DNA of 7,023 bases from a virus (taxonomy: Duplodnaviria; Heunggongvirae; Uroviricota; Caudoviricetes). Made by a program: the position numbers and the translations under genes. Below are positions 1 through 4,757 of this stretch, in pieces (position 1 is the stretch's first letter; each line of letters opens with the position of its first letter). The notes under the pieces were generated by a model, which was not told the origin of the DNA, made no database searches, and worked only from the letters and a program-made list of their open reading frames with translations. The DNA is taken from the IMG/VR virus record IMGVR_UViG_2648501841_000009; one strand, 5' to 3'.

Positions 1-68
1 AAGGGTGAACAAATCCCTGCCATTGCTGGCATATAAAAATGAAACCGGATATTAATTACGGTGCTGTT

Positions 69-260
69 TTAAAGTCCTGCCGGTATTTCGTTATTATTAG
101 TGTGAGTAGTTTTATCTACCGGATAACAGTTACCGGGAATTTTTTGTTCTGCTGCTGCAGCCATGCATTCTTTCATTGAACCGTATAAGCCAGTCACCAG
201 CTCAAGAGATTCGCCGGAAACAAGATAAACTGTCAGAACGAGTGCAAATGTTGTATTCAT
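69..260 (-). CDS. ydfD: YdfD-like small membrane protein (63 aa); Qin prophage YdfD is reported to cause lysis
   Basis: ATG at 260..258, stop at 71..69. Start overlaps the upstream gene's stop (ATGA), implying translational coupling. N-terminal hydrophobic stretch FALVLTVYLV followed by a Cys-containing tail. Length and position after dicB match YdfD of E. coli Qin as I recall it. Confidence 0.7.
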   Translation of the reverse strand: MNTTFALVLTVYLVSGESLELVTGLYGSMKECMAAAAEQKIPGNCYPVDKTTHTNNNEIPAGL

Positions 261-445
261 TGTTTATATCCTTTTTGCAGCAGGTCCAGACGAGCCAGCA
301 TTGAAGGAATGCATACTTCATTTAACAGGTCCTGCTCGAGTTTTCTCTGCTTAATGGCGTCTTCAATAAATGTTTTGTCTCCAGTGATAACGCCAATTTC
401 GAAACGAAGTTCAGACGTGCTGGCATTACATGATAACTTTTCCAT
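257..445 (-). CDS. dicB: DicB-like cell division inhibitor (62 aa)
   Basis: ATG at 445..443 with GAGGA about 8 nt upstream (minus strand). Product MEKLSCNASTSELRFEIGVITGDKTFIEDAIKQRKLEQDLLNEVCIPSMLARLDLLQKGYKQ closely resembles E. coli DicB as recalled from memory (FEIGV...TEDAI..RK.E..LLN..CI.SMLARL). The 98-aa ORF in the track begins at a TTG and is taken to be an over-extension. Confidence 0.8.
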   Translation of the reverse strand: MEKLSCNASTSELRFEIGVITGDKTFIEDAIKQRKLEQDLLNEVCIPSMLARLDLLQKGYKQ

Positions 446-625
446 TATCGCGTCCTCAACAATGAATTTTGTGATGCGGTGCCTGGTGCCTCCAGGTGAC
501 GTTAACCAGTTAACAATTAACGCCGGATACAGAGCATTCTCGTTACTCAGCAAATGACCGCTTTACCGATTTAACTGTTCCGCGTGCGCTGAGCCGCATT
601 CACCGCATCACAAAATTCACTTTTA

Positions 626-683
626 AAAAAGGGCGGCAGAGCAGTTACGGAGTAAAACTGATACCGCCAAATGTCACCAGAAT
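626..683 (-). ncRNA. dicF: DicF-like small regulatory RNA with 3' intrinsic terminator
   Basis: Minus-strand sequence ATTCTGGTGACATTTGGCGGTATCAGTTTTACTCCGTAACTGCTCTGCCGCCCTTTTTT matches the E. coli DicF sRNA as I recall it except at about three positions. It ends in a GC-rich hairpin (GGCGG...CCGCC) plus a T-run and lies just upstream of dicB, as in Qin. Confidence 0.75.
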
Positions 684-1019
684 ATTGATAACAGAGGGCG
701 TTGCAGCGGGGTTGTCACTTAAGCGTATGGTCAACCTGACAACCCGGTGTCCTCAACGGGGGAAGGAATAACCCCTCCATACTTACCGCCGCGCCATTTC
801 GCGGATTGCCACAACCGGAAGCGCACGGTCGAATTAAATTTAACGACGGCTCTAAGGGAGAAGGACTTCGCCGTGCACTTTCGTGTTATGCCCTGACTTT
901 TCAGGGATATATCCTTTCAGTAAACTGTCAGTGCCGGATTCTTATCTGTGTCCGGCGCACGACCACACGTAGCAGCGTGTTGGTCTCCATTTTTAATTCA
1001 GCCCTTAATGGAGGATAAA

Positions 1020-1205
1020 ATGCCAAACAAACCATGCCCTGCCTGTAACGCTCTTTCTGGCTTTTTAGAGAAGGGCGGTTATTACATTTTTAACTGTCCA
1101 GAACATGTTGAATTTCATATATCAAAACTTGACAGTATCATTACAAAGCCAAATCAGTATCAGTCTGATTTACTGAATAAAGAGTTAAACGCCGCCCGAG
1201 ATTAA
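1020..1205 (+). CDS. small zinc-ribbon-like protein (61 aa), function unknown
   Basis: GGAGG at 1009..1013, 6 nt before ATG 1020. Product has CPAC...NCPEH (CxxC-N16-CxxH) spacing typical of a zinc ribbon. AT-rich gene lying convergent to the leftward operon. I take the real start as ATG 1020, not the upstream GTG at 948 used in the ORF track. Confidence 0.5.
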   Translation: MPNKPCPACNALSGFLEKGGYYIFNCPEHVEFHISKLDSIITKPNQYQSDLLNKELNAARD

Positions 1206-1241
1206 GGGCGTAGTGGCCCATTAAAAATATTGCAAAGACCA

Positions 1242-1781
1242 ACTATTGTTGAACTGGATTAAACCAGTAATTCTCTATTGCTCTTATTGTTACCATCGGA
1301 TGATTGCCGGGGGTTATTTTAAGTTCGGGAGGAAAAGGCTCTCCATCAGCAGCCATCATTGAGTATGTGAAATCCGCCGACGCAGTCCCTTTCATGATAA
1401 TTCCGAATTTTTCAAGTAATGAGAGCAGTTCCGGTAATCCTGTGTCATCTGAATAACTTTCCTCATAGAAAGAAGCGATTGCCGCAGGAGATGACAGTTC
1501 TCGCTCTGCAATTTTTTTGTAGTTTTCCAGAATTCTTTTTTTGAATACTTTTCCTCGACATGAAAACCCATCACCGAGGCAATCCGCTTTGCAGTTTCTT
1601 CAGTATTCTGGTTGTTTGTTACCGAAACAGAGTACAATCCGGTAAACGCATCGCGCACATTACGAGCCATATTATCAATGTATTTCTTCGTTGCAGATTC
1701 TAATTCAACTTCGTTCAGACGTTGGTGAAGTGCATGTGCTGCAATTTCCTGGATTTCTTTTAGTAAATCTTTAAATTCCAT
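1242..1781 (-). pseudogene. apparently frameshifted ~180-aa gene in the ydfC position of the dicB-type operon
   Basis: Adding one base in either T7 run (plus 1512..1518 or 1536..1542, A7 on the coding strand) joins MEFKDLLKEIQ...EEKYSKK to ...IAERELSSPAAIASFYEESYSDDTGLPELLSLLEKFGIIMKGTASADFTYSMMAADGEPFPPELKITPGNHPMVTIRAIENYWFNPVQQ, ending at the TAG at 1244..1242. Confidence 0.5.
1392..1781 (-). CDS. hypothetical protein; probably the 5' part of a longer gene broken by a frameshift
   Basis: ATG at 1781..1779 with GGAG 7 nt upstream on the minus strand. The 129-aa ORF ends in a low-quality-looking tail, while the -1 frame stays open from about 1590 down to a TAG at 1244..1242 and encodes plausible protein (see pseudogene feature). 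Confidence 0.6.
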   Translation of the reverse strand: MEFKDLLKEIQEIAAHALHQRLNEVELESATKKYIDNMARNVRDAFTGLYSVSVTNNQNTEETAKRIASVMGFHVEEKYSKKEFWKTTKKLQSENCHLLRQSLLSMRKVIQMTQDYRNCSHYLKNSELS

Positions 1782-1792
1782 CTTTAACTCCG

Positions 1793-1921
1793 TTAGTCGT
1801 TAGATTTTGCCGAACTGGAAAGCGCCTGTTTAAACTCACTGAAGCTGAGAGCTTCCTCGCCTTCGGCAAGGCCTTCGAAGTATTCTTCGTAAGCCTTTTC
1901 CATGATTGTGTCGAAATCCAT
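1793..1921 (-). CDS. ydfB: YdfB-like small protein (42 aa)
   Basis: ATG at 1921..1919 preceded by AGGTGA. Product MDFDTIMEKAYEEYFEGLAEGEEALSFSEFKQALSSSAKSND. Its size and position between a 51-aa gene and the next gene match ydfB of Qin as I recall it. Not in the ORF track because it is under 60 aa. Confidence 0.65.
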   Translation of the reverse strand: MDFDTIMEKAYEEYFEGLAEGEEALSFSEFKQALSSSAKSND

Positions 1922-1922
1922 A

Positions 1923-2078
1923 TCACTCACCTGAGTTTCTTTCCAGCCAGCGACGGGCACCATTTTCGGTTTTAAACGTTTTGCTTTTGGTATACGTCAT
2001 CGCGGTGAATGTACCGTCCTGGTTGGGAAACACGCCGTACACCAGAGATTCGTTGTTGCCAAGATCGATAGTATCCAT
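1923..2078 (-). CDS. ydfA: YdfA-like small protein (51 aa)
   Basis: ATG at 2078..2076 with GAGG 6 nt upstream on the minus strand. Product MDTIDLGNNESLVYGVFPNQDGTFTAMTYTKSKTFKTENGARRWLERNSGE. The longer 131-aa ORF in the track runs through the N gap and the operator and is rejected. Confidence 0.65.
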   Translation of the reverse strand: MDTIDLGNNESLVYGVFPNQDGTFTAMTYTKSKTFKTENGARRWLERNSGE

Positions 2079-2103
2079 GTTGACCTCATTTCCCCTTAAC
2101 GCC

Positions 2104-2113
2104 NNNNNNNNNN
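2104..2113. other. assembly gap or masked bases (10 N)
   Basis: Run of n characters in the 5' leader between the PL-like promoter and the ydfA-like gene. Confidence 0.95.
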
Positions 2114-2223
2114 TGCCGTCATGTTCATACGCCTCGGGCTGGCTACTTACCCCCTGACCACTGCTTGGTAACTCGAAGTATTGCCCGGCGTTCTGTGGGG
2201 CGGGGTGGGTGGTTGGTGTATGT

Positions 2224-2268
2224 AATCTACAATAAAAAACTGTTTTTGTGTCAACAGTTTTTAATTGT
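2224..2268 (-). promoter_or_regulatory. PL-like leftward promoter embedded in an operator (OL-like)
   Basis: Inverted repeat ACAATAAAAAACTGT (2229..2243) / ACAGTTTTTAATTGT (2254..2268) with a 10-bp spacer. On the minus strand the spacer carries TTGACA (plus 2249..2254) and TAGATT lies 19 bp downstream (plus 2224..2229). Near-identical to the site at 3264..3302. Confidence 0.45.
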
Positions 2269-2278
2269 TGTTTTGGGC

Positions 2279-2301
2279 AAAAAAATCCCTCGAAACAGGG
2301 A
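2279..2301 (-). terminator. candidate intrinsic terminator after the toxin gene
   Basis: On the minus strand: stem TCCCT/AGGGA (plus 2286..2290 and 2297..2301), 6-nt loop, then T7 (plus A-run 2279..2285), about 19 nt after the parE-like stop. The stem is short, so efficiency is probably partial. Confidence 0.4.
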
Positions 2302-2319
2302 GTATGAAAATTGTTCAAC

Positions 2320-2607
2320 TCAGATAGAGAAGGGAAATTGTCGCCGAGAATGTGTCACGCTTACAATCTCAATGCTTGAAGCAGCTACTCTGTACAGGAT
2401 TATGTAGTTAGGGTGGGTCACGATCTCTCTCAATCCAGAAACCCGTTCGCTTGGTGGATATAAGTACGGATGCTCAGATAGAGGTAATACCGATGTTTCA
2501 ATGCGTATTTTTAGTCTACGTGCTGCCGGTGGGTTCTCCTTGGCGATGTAAGTTATGATCTGGCGCAAATCATCGCGAGCAGACGGTAGCCATAAAATGG
2601 GTAACAT
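2320..2607 (-). CDS. parE: ParE/RelE-family type II toxin (95 aa), ParE2-like
   Basis: Product MLPILWLPSARDDLRQIITYIA...GLREIVTHPNYIILYRVAASSIEIVSVTHSRR shows the ParE-family pattern as I recall it. Its ATG overlaps the stop of the upstream antitoxin gene (TAATG). Confidence 0.9.
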   Translation of the reverse strand: MLPILWLPSARDDLRQIITYIAKENPPAARRLKIRIETSVLPLSEHPYLYPPSERVSGLREIVTHPNYIILYRVAASSIEIVSVTHSRRQFPFSI

Positions 2608-2798
2608 TACTCGCTCTTGTTAGTTACAGCAATTTGAGCAATAAGATTTTCCATTTCAGCCATTACCTCGTCATGTGGAATTGCGGGGCGAGTGTCTGCA
2701 AGGCTTGACGTTACTTTAGTGCGCAACCATTCGTTGTAACTGTTTTCTTGTTCGGTAGTTTCGAATTCTGAAACTATCGGAGAAAGGGCTGTACCCAT
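2607..2798 (-). CDS. paaA: PaaA2-like antitoxin (63 aa)
   Basis: GAGGAG about 9 nt upstream of ATG 2798..2796. The 63-aa product with SPIVSEFETTEQENSYNEWLRTKVTSSLADTRPAIPHDEV resembles the PaaA2 antitoxin of E. coli O157 as I recall it. It sits immediately upstream of and coupled to the ParE-like gene. Confidence 0.8.
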   Translation of the reverse strand: MGTALSPIVSEFETTEQENSYNEWLRTKVTSSLADTRPAIPHDEVMAEMENLIAQIAVTNKSE

Positions 2799-2825
2799 GG
2801 CATAACTCCTCTTCTTGTACTGTGG

Positions 2826-3227
2826 TCACGCCCGGCGGCTTTTTTGTGCCGCCAGCCACCTAGCAATGGTTTCTTCCATTGATTTTTTCTTGTCTTTGAT
2901 TTCTTGAAGCATTTTTTCTTGGTCTTCCTCAGGAAACGCACTAAAAGCTTGGAGCAGTTCGCGTTGGCGAGGACCAATTTTCATCGTGTCAGGGGTGAAA
3001 ATTTGCTCACACTCTTCAGGAGGCAATAAAAACCAATGCAATGGATGCCCTGAAACCTCAACCAGTTTATCCAAACTTGAGGCTTTAGGTGTAGCCTTAC
3101 CGCTGACCCATTGTTGAACAGTTTGTTGTGTCACACCAATTCTACGGGCAAGCTCAGCCTGGCTCCATCCAGTTTCCTGAAGAAGCTTGCTGATTCTGTA
3201 CATAGATACTTCTAGGGCGCTCATCAT
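2826..3227 (-). CDS. paaR: XRE-family HTH repressor, PaaR2/DicA-like (133 aa); likely the prophage immunity repressor
   Basis: N-terminal HTH (SQAELARRIGVTQQTVQQWVSG). It is the first gene of the leftward three-gene operon and is divergent from a Cro-like gene. Start is ATG 3227, with a second ATG at 3224; a possible alternative start at 3203 cannot be excluded. Confidence 0.85.
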   Translation of the reverse strand: MMSALEVSMYRISKLLQETGWSQAELARRIGVTQQTVQQWVSGKATPKASSLDKLVEVSGHPLHWFLLPPEECEQIFTPDTMKIGPRQRELLQAFSAFPEEDQEKMLQEIKDKKKSMEETIARWLAAQKSRRA

Positions 3228-3233
3228 TATTCA

Positions 3234-3262
3234 ATTTTACAGGTAAATACTGTTAAAAGCAT
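3234..3262 (-). promoter_or_regulatory. PRM-like promoter predicted to give a leaderless repressor mRNA
   Basis: Minus-strand TAAAAT (plus 3234..3239) lies 6 nt upstream of the repressor ATG, placing the predicted transcription start on the A of the start codon. No Shine-Dalgarno is present and the -35 (ATGCTT, plus 3257..3262) is weak. Confidence 0.4.
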
Positions 3263-3263
3263 C

Positions 3264-3302
3264 ACAATAAAAAACTGTTGATTGCATACAGTTTTTTATT
3301 GT
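3264..3302. promoter_or_regulatory. OR-like operator: perfect 15-bp inverted repeats separated by 9 bp
   Basis: ACAATAAAAAACTGT (3264..3278) - TGATTGCAT - ACAGTTTTTTATTGT (3288..3302). It sits between the divergent repressor and Cro-like genes and has a near-copy at 2229..2268. Confidence 0.6.
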
Positions 3303-3307
3303 AGGTT
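3278..3307 (+). promoter_or_regulatory. PR-like rightward promoter for the ydaS/ydaT-like operon
   Basis: TTGATT (3278..3283) inside the operator spacer, 18 bp, then TAGGTT (3302..3307). An alternative -10, TATAGT, is at 3313..3318. GAGGAGG (3324..3330) precedes ATG 3336. Confidence 0.4.
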
Positions 3308-3335
3308 TTGCTTATAGTTTTTAGAGGAGGGCAAA

Positions 3336-3608
3336 ATGCTAGATAGCACTCGCGAAAAAATTAGGCAGAAATACACTCAGGCTGAAATAGGTCGTTATAT
3401 GGGGGTCGCTCAACAGACTGTTTGGCAATGGTTTAGCTTTGGCGTTCCCCCAAAGCAGGTAATTCCGTTATGCCAACTAATGAAGTGGGAAGTTACCCCG
3501 CATGAAATCCGCCCAGATATTTATCCTAACCCAACCGACGGTTTACCTGTTGGATGTAAGGTTAACACATCAAATGCGCCGGAGTTGATTCATGAAAATC
3601 AAGCATGA
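3336..3608 (+). CDS. ydaS: YdaS-family Cro-like HTH regulator (90 aa)
   Basis: Strong RBS. HTH QAEIGRYMGVAQQTVWQW followed by a VTPHEIRPDIYP tail that I recall as typical of the YdaS family. Divergent from the repressor. Confidence 0.85.
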   Translation: MLDSTREKIRQKYTQAEIGRYMGVAQQTVWQWFSFGVPPKQVIPLCQLMKWEVTPHEIRPDIYPNPTDGLPVGCKVNTSNAPELIHENQA

Positions 3609-4017
3609 ACACATCCGCATGGCGATGAATGTCTGGGCGCATCCGGACGGCGAAAAAGTACCGGCTGCGAAAATTACCAAAGCGTATTTCGAGCTGGGAA
3701 TGACGTTCCCGGAACTGTATGACGACAGCCATCCGGAAGCCATGGCTCGCAATACTCAGAAAATTTTCCGCTGGGTGGAGAAAGACACTCCTGATGCGGT
3801 TAAAAAAATTCAGGCGTTGTTACCAGCGATCGAAAAAGCGATGCCGCCTCCGCTGGTGGCCCGAATGCGCAGCCACAGTTCCGCTTATTTTCGGGAGTTG
3901 GTAGAGACGAAGGAACGGCTGGTGAAAGATATTGATGATTTCGTTGCATCAGCGATCGTTCTGTTCGATCAGATGAATCGTGGTGGCCCGGCAGGAAACA
4001 CTCTGGCTGTGCATTAA
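3592..4017 (+). CDS. ydaT: YdaT-like protein (141 aa), at the cII position
   Basis: Starts MKIKHEHI as I recall for the YdaT family. Overlaps the end of the ydaS-like gene by 17 nt. Confidence 0.8.
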   Translation: MKIKHEHIRMAMNVWAHPDGEKVPAAKITKAYFELGMTFPELYDDSHPEAMARNTQKIFRWVEKDTPDAVKKIQALLPAIEKAMPPPLVARMRSHSSAYFRELVETKERLVKDIDDFVASAIVLFDQMNRGGPAGNTLAVH

Positions 4018-4030
4018 TTGGGTAATAAAT

Positions 4031-4540
4031 ATGAGTAATGACAAAAAATTGACACTGAGCGTTTACGAAAACAGTCCGCACATCTGGCGTGGCGGTTTAT
4101 CTGATGTGGAGCTGGCAGAGTGGTTGATACATAAAGCTAATGCGCTGCTCTGGCGTTTGTCAGCCAGAGAACAGCGCAAGGAAACCAGAATAAAGCTGGC
4201 TGATGCAGAAGCGTGTGCCGGGCTTATTGAGGATTATACAAATCTTGGTATTTCTTCAGCAGAGAGTGATCCCATTCAGCCTCTGAGCAGGGAGTCAATC
4301 CAGCACGCTGGTTGTATGGCACATCTTGTAACTGCTCGTCAACATGAGGTGGGTATTGGATCACTTCCGGCGGGATATTCGCTGATTCCAGAGCTGGTTG
4401 AAGCAAGAAAATCAGTTCAGAAAAAGAGAGATGACGCACTTCAATTATTGAGAGAGCACTATGGCGCGATACCAGAATGCGAACAGCGTCGATACCCTGA
4501 AGGTTATGAATGGATGCAGTCTCTTTTTGAAGTTCGCTAA
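4031..4540 (+). CDS. hypothetical protein (169 aa), function unknown
   Basis: ATG 4031 lies 13 nt after the ydaT-like stop with only a weak RBS. Long ORF in the rightward operon with protein-like composition; I recognise no motif. I take the real start as ATG 4031, not the upstream GTG at 3980 used in the ORF track. Confidence 0.6.
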   Translation: MSNDKKLTLSVYENSPHIWRGGLSDVELAEWLIHKANALLWRLSAREQRKETRIKLADAEACAGLIEDYTNLGISSAESDPIQPLSRESIQHAGCMAHLVTARQHEVGIGSLPAGYSLIPELVEARKSVQKKRDDALQLLREHYGAIPECEQRRYPEGYEWMQSLFEVR

Positions 4541-4757
4541 TCAATATGTCGAGACGAAGGTATGTTTCGGCGCGCAGCCAGGCTCTGTAATCCGGGAGCA
4601 TTTCGGGGCTGTTACACCAGCGGTTTGTTGCTGCAACATTTAATACATGAGCCTGATAAAGGCTTTTCAAAAAATACATGTCGAACCTCCTCTGGTTCTG
4701 TCGATTGGGAACCACAGATTATATCCGGAGGAAGGTTCGGCACCAGATGAGGTAGCC

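Noticed and set aside
257-553. 98-aa minus-strand ORF as an extended DicB
   Set aside because: Its start is a TTG with no RBS; the internal ATG at 445 has a GAGGA RBS and gives a 62-aa product matching DicB length and sequence.
309-557. 82-aa plus-strand ORF
   Set aside because: Antisense to the dicB-like gene, with no RBS and a low-complexity product.
806-1018. 70-aa plus-strand ORF in the GC-rich segment
   Set aside because: No RBS, Cys/Arg-rich product typical of a chance ORF in GC-rich DNA; its frame is not that of the downstream zinc-ribbon gene.
1206-1241. Bidirectional terminator between the convergent genes
   Set aside because: Only a 4-bp GGGC/GCCC stem and no T-run on either strand.
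1923-2318. 131-aa minus-strand ORF spanning the N gap
   Set aside because: The N-terminal part runs through the operator, promoter and gap; only the 51-aa C-terminal ORF, with its own RBS, is credible.
1906-2407. Plus-strand ORFs 1906..2157 and 2165..2407
   Set aside because: Antisense to the ydfA-like and parE-like genes or spanning the terminator and operator; no RBS.
2774-2977. 67-aa minus-strand ORF
   Set aside because: Alternative frame inside the repressor and antitoxin genes; lysine-rich junk product.
3336-4017. Calling the ydaS/ydaT-like pair a toxin-antitoxin system
   Set aside because: Their position and HTH content fit Cro/cII-type regulators; a toxin role cannot be supported from the sequence.
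3570-4081. ORFs 3570..3752 (-), 3719..3904 (+) and 3800..4081 (-)
   Set aside because: Embedded in or antisense to the ydaT-like gene, which has the better family match.
4650-4668. Hairpin AGCCT/AGGCT followed by TTTC as a terminator
   Set aside because: Stem of only 5 bp with a poor T-tract; lies at the alternative start codon.
4224-4715. 163-aa minus-strand ORF
   Set aside because: GTG start preceded by CCTCC (anti-SD, no RBS); antisense to the 169-aa plus-strand gene and to the initiator leader.
4461-4750. Small plus-strand ORFs 4461..4643 and 4562..4750
   Set aside because: Overlap the end of the 169-aa gene or the initiator leader; no RBS.
4647-4757. Upstream ATG at 4647 as the initiator start
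   Set aside because: No Shine-Dalgarno, whereas ATG 4758 has GAGGT; not excluded, so noted as an alternative.
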